Source: Patescibacteria group bacterium
GTDB lineage: Bacteria; Patescibacteriota; Patescibacteriia; Magasanikbacterales; GWA2-37-8
Assembly (NCBI GenBank): GCA_041661385.1
Contig: JBAZUP010000002.1
Location: 14,670 to 78,669 of the forward strand
DNA: 64,000 bases
Reading direction: 5' to 3'
The notes beneath the pieces are model-generated. The model was given only the letters and a program-made list of their open reading frames with translations, had not been told where the DNA came from and did no database searches. This document shows positions 46,953 through 55,587 of this stretch, in pieces; position 1 is the first letter of the stretch; each line of letters opens with the position of its first letter. The translations under genes were made by a program, and so were the position numbers.

Positions 46953-49832
46953 ATGAATAAATACGACCCAAACAAAATTGAAGCCAAGTGGCAAAAGCAC
47001 TGGGAGAAAAACAAGACTTTTTGCGTTAAAGAAGATTCAAAGAAGAAAAAGTTTTATTCACTCATTGAATTTCCATACCCATCGGGTGAAGGTTTGCATG
47101 TCGGCCACCCCCGTCCCTTTACTGCCATGGACGTGATTTCGCGCAAACGACGCATGGATGGTTTTAATGTTTTGTATCCAATTGGCTTTGACGCGTTTGG
47201 ACTCCCAACCGAGAATCACGCTATCAAAACCAAACAGCAGCCCGCTGTAGTCACGAAAAAAAATATTGCCAACTTTACCCGCCAGCTCAAACTGCTCGGC
47301 TATAGTTTCGATTGGGACCGGGTGGTTGATACCACCGACCCGAAATATTTCAAATGGACCCAGTGGCTGTTTTTACAATTTTATAAACACGGACTAGCTT
47401 ACAAAAAAAATCAGCCTATTAACTGGTGCCCGAAAGATAAAATCGGCCTCGCAAATGAAGAAGTAGTAAATGGTTGCTGTGAACGTTGCGGTACCGCCGT
47501 CGAACAGCGCAACAAAGAACAGTGGATGCTCGCGATTACCAAATACGCCGAAAAATTACTTCAAGGTCTTAAAGAAGTTGACTACATTACTCCGGCCCGT
47601 GTCAGCCAAGAAAATTGGATTGGAAAAAGCGAAGGCGCGTTAGTTAATTTTGCTTTAGAGAATTCCGACGAAAAACTACAGGTCTTCACCACCCGGCCGG
47701 ATACTTTATTTGGTGCCACCTTTATGGCTGTCTCTGCTGAGCTTGCCAAGAGCTGGCTTGATAAGGGCTGGAAAGTAAGTAAGGAAATTGAAAAATATCT
47801 TGAAAAAACTTTATCCGAACAGAAAGTCCTCGACCGGGTAGAAAAAGAAAAGACCGGTATTGCGACCGATAAGTTTGCAATCAACCCCGTGAATGGAAAA
47901 AAGATTCCGGTTTGGATTACGAATTATGTTTTGGGTGGAGTTGGTACCGGCGCTATTATGGCCGTGCCCGCGCACGATGAAAGAGATTTTGAATTTGCCA
48001 AAAAGTTTGGATTGCCGATTACGCAGGTTGTAGCGCCATATTTTTACGATAGTAATAACCCGCCGCGCTCGGACAAAAAAACCGTCAAACGAATTAATAT
48101 TCAAGCCGTTGTAAAGCATTGGTCAGAAGACAAAGTAATTCAGATCCAATGGAAGGAGCAGCCCTGGAAAACTTTTGTCATCGGCGGAGCTGAAGCCGGT
48201 GAGAAGTTGGAAGACGCGGTAAAGCGGGAAGTGCTGGAAGAAACCGGATATAAAAATATCAAATCAATTAAACGAGTCGGAATGGAGCTTCGTTCGGAAT
48301 GGTTCGCCGCCCACAAAGATGAAAATCGTTATGCCAACATGAATGTTTTTGAGGTTGAACTTGCAGACGGAGAAAAAGACGAATTGTCCGCCGAAGAAAG
48401 TGAGAAGCACGTTGTCGCCTGGGTTCCTTACAAAGATATTCCGTCTTTTGCTGGAGTTGGGGAGCTGGCCTATATCTGGAAAGAATTAAATAATAAATCC
48501 GGTTGTTTTTGTGAAGACGGTGTTGCAATAAATTCCGGTGAATTTTCCGAATTGAAAACTGCCGAAACTAAAGAAAAAATGATTGCTTGGCTAGAAGAAA
48601 AGAAGATCGGCAAGCGCCAAGTAAATTATAAACTTCGCGATTGGGTATTTTCCCGTCAGCGCTATTGGGGTGAACCGATTCCGCTCGTTTATTGTGAAGC
48701 CTGCGCGAAAAATAAAAGGTTTGAAAGCAAGGGCGAAGAAATGAATCCAGGCTGGATTCCAGTTGAAGAAAAATCTCTGCCGCTCGAACTTCCAAAAGTT
48801 GATAAATATGAACCGACTGACACCGGCGAGTCGCCGCTCGCGCCAATGACAGATTGGGTAAATACTAAATGCCCGCGCTGTGGTGGAAAGGCGAGGCGTG
48901 AAACCGACACTATGCCAAACTGGGCTGGATCAAGTTGGTATTTCCTGCGTTACACCGACCCGCACAATGATAAAGCTTTCGCCGGTAAAGACGCGCTAAA
49001 ATATTGGATGAGTGTAGATTGGTACAACGGCGGCATGGAACATACTGTACTGCATCTTTTATATTCTCGTTTTTGGAATGAATTTTTATTTGATCTTGGA
49101 CTCGTGCCAACCAGTGAACCATATAAAAAGCGCACCAGCCATGGCATGATTCTCGGCCCCGATGGTGAAAAGATGAGTAAGAGCCGGGGTAATGTAATAA
49201 ACCCCGACGAAATGATTGAAAAGTTTGGTACGGATTCTTTTCGCACTTATATAATGTTCATGGGTCCGTTTGATCAGGCGGTAATGTGGGATACCAATGG
49301 GCTAGTCGGCGTCCGCCGTTTCCTCGAGCGAGTTTGGTTTTTACAAGAAAAAATTTCCGATAGTCCAGCGAGCGCAAACGCAATTTCAGTTTTGCATAGA
49401 ACCATTAAAAAAGTTGGCGAAGATATAGATACGATGCGATATAATACTGCAGTTGCCGCTCTCATGCAGCTCACCAACGATTTAATGAAAGAAGAAACTA
49501 TTGATAAAAATACTTACAAAATATTAATTCAATTGCTGTCGCCGTTTGCCCCGCACCTTTCCGAGGAACTCTGGGCAGAATATGGCGAAAAGGATTTGAC
49601 GTTTAGCGCTTGGCCGAAGTTTGATCCGGCACTAGCCAAATCCGCTACTTTTACCCTTGCCGTCCAAATCAATGGTAAGGTGCGCGATACGATCGAAGTC
49701 GACTCAGAGATAAGCGAAGCAGATGTAAAAGAATTGGTTTTGAAAAGTGAAAAGGTGCAGAAATGGCTGGAAGGCAAAGAGCCAAAGAAAATAATTTACA
49801 TTAAAGGCAAGCTTGCGAGTGTAGTAATATAG
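46953..49832 (+). CDS. leuS: Leucine--tRNA ligase with an internal Nudix-hydrolase domain insertion
   Basis: HVGHPRP (HIGH), KMSKS, CP1 editing domain (TTRPDTLFGATF, MAVPAHDERDFEFA), RDW..SRQRYWG.PIP. In addition a ~140-aa insertion at about aa 361-516 carries a perfect Nudix box GGAEAGEKLEDAVKREVLEETGY. Confidence 0.9.
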   Translation: MNKYDPNKIEAKWQKHWEKNKTFCVKEDSKKKKFYSLIEFPYPSGEGLHVGHPRPFTAMDVISRKRRMDGFNVLYPIGFDAFGLPTENHAIKTKQQPAVVTKKNIANFTRQLKLLGYSFDWDRVVDTTDPKYFKWTQWLFLQFYKHGLAYKKNQPINWCPKDKIGLANEEVVNGCCERCGTAVEQRNKEQWMLAITKYAEKLLQGLKEVDYITPARVSQENWIGKSEGALVNFALENSDEKLQVFTTRPDTLFGATFMAVSAELAKSWLDKGWKVSKEIEKYLEKTLSEQKVLDRVEKEKTGIATDKFAINPVNGKKIPVWITNYVLGGVGTGAIMAVPAHDERDFEFAKKFGLPITQVVAPYFYDSNNPPRSDKKTVKRINIQAVVKHWSEDKVIQIQWKEQPWKTFVIGGAEAGEKLEDAVKREVLEETGYKNIKSIKRVGMELRSEWFAAHKDENRYANMNVFEVELADGEKDELSAEESEKHVVAWVPYKDIPSFAGVGELAYIWKELNNKSGCFCEDGVAINSGEFSELKTAETKEKMIAWLEEKKIGKRQVNYKLRDWVFSRQRYWGEPIPLVYCEACAKNKRFESKGEEMNPGWIPVEEKSLPLELPKVDKYEPTDTGESPLAPMTDWVNTKCPRCGGKARRETDTMPNWAGSSWYFLRYTDPHNDKAFAGKDALKYWMSVDWYNGGMEHTVLHLLYSRFWNEFLFDLGLVPTSEPYKKRTSHGMILGPDGEKMSKSRGNVINPDEMIEKFGTDSFRTYIMFMGPFDQAVMWDTNGLVGVRRFLERVWFLQEKISDSPASANAISVLHRTIKKVGEDIDTMRYNTAVAALMQLTNDLMKEETIDKNTYKILIQLLSPFAPHLSEELWAEYGEKDLTFSAWPKFDPALAKSATFTLAVQINGKVRDTIEVDSEISEADVKELVLKSEKVQKWLEGKEPKKIIYIKGKLASVVI

Positions 49833-49835
49833 AAC

Positions 49836-51347
49836 ATGAGGGAGGGGATTGAAAAAATTCTAAATTCTAAAAGCAAGACGTTTCTCACGTTTTGCTTTTG
49901 TTTTATTGCGGGAAGCGCAATCGTCTCGGTTGCGGCAGTCAATATTTTTGTCTGGTATCTATATTATTTTATCTGCGCCTTGGTTTCCTTGTTAATACTT
50001 TTTTATAGTAACAAACTTTATCGATTTGTATTACTCGCGATAATATTTTTTTCGATTGGTATCTTGCGTTTTGCATTTTCAACTCCTGATTGCACACAAA
50101 GTAATAATGCTTGTTTTTATAATTCCCGATTGGTAAATGTAATTGGGTTTGTGTCCGCCGAGCCAAATGAAAAAGTTGGAGCGACCGAATATTATGTAAA
50201 TATCACACAAATTAAATTTGATAATTTAACAAATAATATTTCCGGCAAAATATTTATTAAAACCTCGCCCTATCCAAAATATCAATATGGCGACGAAATA
50301 CAAATAACTTGCAAACTTCAATCGCCGAAAGAATTGGACACTGGAGATTTTAGATATGATAAATATTTGGCCAGGTATGGAGCTTTCTCAGTTTGCTATC
50401 AACCCCAAATAAACAAGCTTGCTTCGGGCAAAGGTAATATTTTTCTTTCGGGTATTCTGACTTTTAAGAAAAATTTAAATGAACGTTTGAATAAACTATG
50501 GGTGGAGCCCGAGAGTTCGCTCATGGCCGGAGTTTTATATGGAGCTAAATCCGGCCTTCCACAATATTTGTCGGACGCCTTCAGTAAGACTGGCTTGTCG
50601 CACATTATTGCGGTTTCGGGTTATAACATTGCGATCATTGCCGTGGTCGCGATGCAGATTTTAATATATTTGGGATTTTACCGGCAAAAAGCTTTTTATC
50701 TGGTTTTGGTTTTAACCGTTGCGTTTGTTATTTTTTCCGGTATCTCAGCTTCCGCAATCCGGGCTGCCATCATGGGTGTGTTGGTGCTGGGCGCGCGGCA
50801 AGTGGGTCGGGGGAGCCGGATGATAAATGTGCTCGCCCTAACCGTTGCCCTCATGCAACTTGGGAATCCATATTTATTTTTTTGGGATGTTGGGTTTCAG
50901 CTGTCCTTCCTCGCGACGCTCGGGCTTGTATATTTGTCGCCGATTTTAAATTTAAGGCTGGAAAAAATTCCTCTTGCCGGTATCCGGGAGCCGTTCATTA
51001 CTACAATTTCGGCAATAGTTTTTACATTACCACTTATGCTCTATCAATTCGGAACCTTGTCATTTATCGCTCCGCTGGTAAATGTATTAGTTCTCTGGCT
51101 AGTTCCATATTTAATGCTTTTCGGCGCCGTTACCGTCGCTCTGTCTTTCATATTTTTTTCAATTGCTAAAATTGTAGCCGGCCTCACTTATTTTGGTTTA
51201 CATTATGTTATAATAGTTGTAGAATTTTTTGGGAAACAAGGTTGGGCCAGCGCCGCCGTCAATATTCCGCTTTGGCTCATGGTAGTGTTGTATATAGTTT
51301 TATTTTCATTTATAATCAAACAAAATGAAAAAAGTAAAAGTGTATGA
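49836..51347 (+). CDS. comEC: ComEC/Rec2 DNA-uptake channel, N-terminal (DUF4131-like) plus competence membrane domain only
   Basis: Polytopic membrane protein with the ComEC core (GLSHIIAVSGYNIAII...AIRAAIMG). It lacks the C-terminal metallo-beta-lactamase domain, which is encoded separately at 53361-54191. Confidence 0.8.
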   Translation: MREGIEKILNSKSKTFLTFCFCFIAGSAIVSVAAVNIFVWYLYYFICALVSLLILFYSNKLYRFVLLAIIFFSIGILRFAFSTPDCTQSNNACFYNSRLVNVIGFVSAEPNEKVGATEYYVNITQIKFDNLTNNISGKIFIKTSPYPKYQYGDEIQITCKLQSPKELDTGDFRYDKYLARYGAFSVCYQPQINKLASGKGNIFLSGILTFKKNLNERLNKLWVEPESSLMAGVLYGAKSGLPQYLSDAFSKTGLSHIIAVSGYNIAIIAVVAMQILIYLGFYRQKAFYLVLVLTVAFVIFSGISASAIRAAIMGVLVLGARQVGRGSRMINVLALTVALMQLGNPYLFFWDVGFQLSFLATLGLVYLSPILNLRLEKIPLAGIREPFITTISAIVFTLPLMLYQFGTLSFIAPLVNVLVLWLVPYLMLFGAVTVALSFIFFSIAKIVAGLTYFGLHYVIIVVEFFGKQGWASAAVNIPLWLMVVLYIVLFSFIIKQNEKSKSV

Positions 51348-51351
51348 ATCA

Positions 51352-51392
51352 TAAAACCCCCGACAGTAACACTGTCGGGGGGTTTTATTTTT
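51352..51392. terminator. Bidirectional terminator
   Basis: AAAACCCCCGACAGTAACACTGTCGGGGGGTTTTATTTTT. Confidence 0.7.
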
Positions 51393-51442
51393 AGCTTTTA
51401 TAAAAAAAATAGTAAATATTTTTTGAAATCCGCTGAGCTTTC

Positions 51443-52165
51443 TTATATTTTTTTAGCAACAGTTATGAGATGCCAAGCATTTATAAATGTGGATCCGTGT
51501 CCGACATAGTCATTTGAAATAATCTTTAGGTCGGCTTTTGAGATTAAAGATTTAATTTCTTCTTTGTGAAAGCAGTGAATGTATAAATTTTTTTTCTCTT
51601 CCCCAATCCATGAGTCATTTTTATCAAGAGATGGCAGTGATCTGCCTAACCAAAGATGCCAGAGTTTTTGTCGCGTGACAGAATGCCAGCATCGGACATT
51701 CCAATTGGCCATAAGAAGTTGCCCGCCAGGTGTCAACACGCGAGCAATTTCTTTAATTGCCTTCTGTCTTAATTCACTACTAGGGATATGGTGCAAAACA
51801 CCAAAACACAGAACAACATCGACTGATGCATCGGCAAGAGGGATATTCAAAACATCTCCCAACAATAGTTTTACGCGGATTGGGTTTGTACCCGTGTTAT
51901 GTTCTTTGATATAGAAATCTGCAGCCGCTAGCATTGTTTGTGAAATATCCTGGCCGATGTAATCTGTAATTTGTTTGTTGACTGCGGAAAAAGCGACGCC
52001 GTTACCACAACCTAGATCCAACAAACGATTTCCTTTACCATATTTATTCCATAGCTCTTTAAGTTGTTCTGGGGGTGTAATTCTGCTAGCGGCCCAATCT
52101 TTTGCCATTTTTTCATATATAATTGCATTTGACTTTAGAATAGCTTCAGCGATTTTCAAATCCAT
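51443..52165 (-). CDS. Class I SAM-dependent methyltransferase
   Basis: LDLGCGNGV motif I. 240 aa. Confidence 0.75.
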   Translation of the reverse strand: MDLKIAEAILKSNAIIYEKMAKDWAASRITPPEQLKELWNKYGKGNRLLDLGCGNGVAFSAVNKQITDYIGQDISQTMLAAADFYIKEHNTGTNPIRVKLLLGDVLNIPLADASVDVVLCFGVLHHIPSSELRQKAIKEIARVLTPGGQLLMANWNVRCWHSVTRQKLWHLWLGRSLPSLDKNDSWIGEEKKNLYIHCFHKEEIKSLISKADLKIISNDYVGHGSTFINAWHLITVAKKI

Positions 52166-52338
52166 ATGATTTATTTGATATGAAAGTTAATCAGAATTCA
52201 TTAAATGATTATTGTTACTACTATACCAGTTATTTTCTTCATAGTATAGTAATAGAATTTCATTAAAAATATGATATAATAATATTAGATATTTTGATAA
52301 AATAGTTAATGTAGTTATGTATAATTTCCACAAACAAA

Positions 52339-52944
52339 ATGAAAAAAGTAAAAGTATATGATTCGAGGGAGGGGTATAATCTCGCTGCGCACGAATATGA
52401 TAAGCGTGAAGCTTATCTTGGAAGTTTTGAAAAAAATCAACTCATCCCGTTGCTTGGAGATTTGAAGGGCAAGAAAGTTCTTGATGTGGGAGCGGGAACC
52501 GGCCGGTTATCGGTTTCATTTGCGAGACTAGGGGCAGGCGTTACCGCGCTCGACGTTTCGGAAACAATGCTTCAGGAATTATCAAAAAAGAACCGCAACA
52601 TTAAAACCGTAATCGGTGACGCGGAAAGTTTGCCTTTTGAAAACGAAGCATTTGATATTGTCGCCGCCGCTTTTCTTATTGTCCACTTGAAAGACCCGAC
52701 CAAATTTTTTGATGAAGCTTATCGCGTATTAAAGGACGGCGGAATTTTTTTAGTGACAAATATTAATCAAAAAGATCCGCCTAAGATCAAAGCCCACAAT
52801 CATGAGTTTGTGGTCGAATCGTTTTATCATCGCCCGGAGAAAATTAGGGAGATATTGGAATCTTTGGCGTTTGGAATAGAGAAAGAAGAGTTTATAAAAG
52901 AAAATGATGTTTGGATTAATCAAATAATTCTTGCTAGAAAATAG
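52339..52944 (+). CDS. Class I SAM-dependent methyltransferase
   Basis: VLDVGAGTGRLS motif I. 201 aa. Its promoter/5' end (TATAAT...CAAACAAAATGAAAAAAGTAAAAGT) is duplicated at the 3' end of comEC. Confidence 0.75.
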   Translation: MKKVKVYDSREGYNLAAHEYDKREAYLGSFEKNQLIPLLGDLKGKKVLDVGAGTGRLSVSFARLGAGVTALDVSETMLQELSKKNRNIKTVIGDAESLPFENEAFDIVAAAFLIVHLKDPTKFFDEAYRVLKDGGIFLVTNINQKDPPKIKAHNHEFVVESFYHRPEKIREILESLAFGIEKEEFIKENDVWINQIILARK

Positions 52945-52954
52945 TTTTACGCAT

Positions 52955-53350
52955 CTCGCTATCCCCGCCTGCAACGCTTTGCGTAGCAATGCGGGCAGGG
53001 CTCAATCAATTCAACACTTACCTTAATTCAATATTCCTTAGCCCTGCCGGCGGCATCACTTTTCATAACTGAAAAGTAATCAAAAGGTTCTGGGGGCCGG
53101 CAGAACTCGTTGCCGCGAGGCACCTCAAACAGCTGGCGGCCCCCAAACCCCGTTGGGTAATTGGTTGGTAAACAATTGGATTCCGAGCCTTTGTGGAACG
53201 AAAGCCAAATGTCCGGCGAAATTAGATTTTTTCAATGCGACCCTGCACTTTTGAAAAAATCGTTTTGATTTCGCCGAGACATTTGCCGAGTGAAGCATCT
53301 GCGAGGCAATTTTGGGGGCACACCTTTTGTTGCCAAAAGGGGTGTGGAAT
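52955..53350 (+). repeat. Copy B of the ~395-bp GC-rich hairpin-dense repeat
   Basis: Starts directly after the methyltransferase stop codon. Aligned to copy A in the text of the findings. Its last hairpin overlaps the putative RBS of the downstream ComEC-MBL gene. Confidence 0.7.
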
Positions 53351-53360
53351 AAAATGTTTT

Positions 53361-54191
53361 GTGACAAAAAACAAAATTTTAATAATCGCAATTATAATAA
53401 TCCTAGGGGGATTTTTTTATTTCCGCTATTCTGAAGCGGAACGCCACAAATTTAAGATTGTATTTTTAAATGTCGGCCAGGGTGATGCAACTGTAATACA
53501 ATTTGAAACTGGAGAAAAAATGTTGGTGGATTGTGGGCCTGATCGGGGGATTCTCTCGGCACTTGGTCGCAACCTGGCTTTTTACGACCGTACTATTGAT
53601 TACCTTTTAATCTCTCATCCCGATCTTGATCATTATGGCGGCTGTGTGGATGTTTTAAAAAATTATCAGATAAAAAAGATCTATATAAATGGACGGGAAA
53701 AAACCGACTCGTATTTTCGGGAGTGGAAAAGTGTGAGTACCGGATATTTAACTGAAATCGCCGGCGTCTCAACCACTCTCACCATTGCTTCATCGTCGTT
53801 CCGATTTTTTTCGCCGGACTTATCTTTGGTTTTTAAAAATAAAATATCCGATAATGATTATTCAATAATTTTTAAATTAAGCCATGGTAGCAGCAGTTAT
53901 TTGTTTACCGGCGACGCCGAAGAAACGCTGGAAAAATTATTAGTTGAAAAATATTGTCCGGAAGTAAATAATGCCTGTCCACTTCAGTCTGGTGTTTTGA
54001 AAGTTGGTCACCACGGTTCCGACGGATCTTCGAGTGAGTTATTTTTGTCGCGGGTGAAGCCAATTGAAGCTGTCATTTCGGTTGGCAAGAATAAATTCGG
54101 CCATCCGGGCCTGCGTGCCATCCGCCACCTTGAAAGAATTGGCGCGAAAATCAAACGGACTGATGAAAGCGGGGACATTTCTATAAAATGA
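53361..54191 (+). CDS. ComEC-type metallo-beta-lactamase-fold domain protein with an N-terminal TM anchor (detached C-terminal domain of ComEC)
   Basis: FLNVGQGDATVIQ ... ISHPDLDHYGG (HxHxDH) ... VGHHGS. GTG start at 53361. The in-frame ORF extending upstream to 53235 runs through repeat B and is not conserved with copy A at the protein level. Confidence 0.7.
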   Translation: MTKNKILIIAIIIILGGFFYFRYSEAERHKFKIVFLNVGQGDATVIQFETGEKMLVDCGPDRGILSALGRNLAFYDRTIDYLLISHPDLDHYGGCVDVLKNYQIKKIYINGREKTDSYFREWKSVSTGYLTEIAGVSTTLTIASSSFRFFSPDLSLVFKNKISDNDYSIIFKLSHGSSSYLFTGDAEETLEKLLVEKYCPEVNNACPLQSGVLKVGHHGSDGSSSELFLSRVKPIEAVISVGKNKFGHPGLRAIRHLERIGAKIKRTDESGDISIK

Positions 54192-54365
54192 AAAACTCTT
54201 GACGATATTCGTCGGCAAGAGTAAACTTTTTGTAAATATAGGCTGGCTTGCCAGCTGCTACAAAAGCGGCTCAGGCCGCACCTGGGGGCCCCTCCCCATC
54301 AGCGCCGTCGATCCAAAGATCTCCGGCGCTTTAAATTTAGATGAAATTTACTGTGCAAAATAGCC

Positions 54366-54394
54366 TTGACAAAGTTGATAAAAAGGAGTATAAT
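54366..54394 (+). promoter_or_regulatory. Consensus promoter TTGACA-17-TATAAT, near-duplicate of the promoter at 6227
   Basis: TTGACAAAGTTGATAAAAAGGAGTATAAT vs TTGACAAAAGTGCAAAAAAGGAGTATAAT. Confidence 0.65.
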
Positions 54395-54399
54395 TCGAT

Positions 54400-54740
54400 G
54401 TTGTGACAGTACGGAATTAGCCATTTTTGGCTTATCTGGCTGACGATTTTGGCTTGTTTTGAGCCAAGGTCGGCAGCCGGATTTCCCGGCGCCACAACCA
54501 AAGGGGTCTTTAAAGACTCAAATGACGACCATCACCAGCTTCAGCTTTTCCCACGTTCACATCGATCGTCACACCGCGGGCGCCGTCGCGCCCTGACCCG
54601 TCGCCGCCGGCCGCCGAAGCCGACAGTTAGCGCCTGGTGCGCTACCTGACCGGTTAGGCCAACCAACTCCTCATGGAGGAGTCACATCGTGAAGATCACG
54701 AAGCCGAAGGTTCCGCTGTAGCGGATACAACCCCCAACAC
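54400..54740 (+). other. GC-rich (~58% GC) transcribed segment between the promoter and terminator with no convincing ORF: candidate non-coding RNA of unknown class
   Basis: Only ORFs are a TTG-initiated Arg-rich 66-aa frame without an SD, plus 24-aa and 10-aa fragments. Hallmark motifs of tmRNA (T-arm/CCA), RNase P (GGAAAGTCC) and SRP were looked for by eye and not found. Confidence 0.35.
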
Positions 54741-54778
54741 CGGGCGGCCGAGCAATCGGCCGCCCTCATCTTTTTTTG
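54740..54778 (+). terminator. Intrinsic terminator
   Basis: GGGCGGCCGAGCAATCGGCCGCCC followed by TCATCTTTTTTT. Confidence 0.7.
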
Positions 54779-54834
54779 GAAACAAAAACAAAAAATGTTA
54801 TAATAATTGCGCCTCGTTTTAGGGCACGGGCATT

Positions 54835-55440
54835 ATGAAAAAATATTTTATAATTTTAATTGTTTTCTTTACATTGGTTTTTATTTTTCCGGCGCGGGCT
54901 GCCGAAGAAATAGATAGTGACAACGACGGTTTGTCTGATAGTGTAGAAATTTCTTTAGGAACAGATCCAAACAATGTTGATACGGACGGTGACGGATTTT
55001 TAGACGGTGTCGAAGTAAAGAATGGTTTTAATCCCTTGAAGGGAAACAAAGACCGCTCGGTGAAGCGCCGGGTAGAAGTGAATCTTGCCACGCAGTCACT
55101 TGATTATTTTTTAAATGATATTAAGGTCGGTTCAGTATTTGTTTCTACCGGTCTTCCTCAAACTCCCACTCCAAAAGGGGAATTTAGCATTATTAGAAAA
55201 CGCCCGATTGTAAATTATTATCATTATCCAAATACCAAGTGGAGCGCTGAGTTCAAAAAAGGTTTCTATATTCATGGCGCTTATTGGCATAATAAATTTG
55301 GTATTCAGGTTATGAGCGGCGGATGTGTGAATGTTGCTTACAAAGATATGGAAGCTTTGTATTCATTCCTGAGTCTCGGCGATAAAGTAAAGATTTTTGG
55401 AGTTCCACCCAAAAAACCGCTAGCACTGTCAAAAAAATAG
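54835..55440 (+). CDS. Secreted L,D-transpeptidase (YkuD domain) with N-terminal calcium-binding Asp-rich repeats
   Basis: Signal peptide. DSDNDGLSDSVE / DTDGDGFLDGVE repeats. Catalytic HGAYWHNKFGIQVMSGGCVNV. Confidence 0.8.
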   Translation: MKKYFIILIVFFTLVFIFPARAAEEIDSDNDGLSDSVEISLGTDPNNVDTDGDGFLDGVEVKNGFNPLKGNKDRSVKRRVEVNLATQSLDYFLNDIKVGSVFVSTGLPQTPTPKGEFSIIRKRPIVNYYHYPNTKWSAEFKKGFYIHGAYWHNKFGIQVMSGGCVNVAYKDMEALYSFLSLGDKVKIFGVPPKKPLALSKK

Positions 55441-55587
55441 AGGTTGATCCCGCTTCACTAGGGAGCAGGGCAAGCAAAAAGTGATGTTTGACAAAACTGT
55501 TTGCCTCGTGTATCATATTGACAGTAATAGCACGATTAAATATCGGTGCTTTTTTTTAACCTAATTTTAATTTAGTAGGAAATAAGT

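Noticed and set aside
54449-54649. 66-aa plus-strand ORF inside the GC-rich unit
   Set aside because: TTG start, no SD, and Arg/Pro-rich translation typical of a GC-rich non-coding frame. Retained only as part of the ncRNA candidate.
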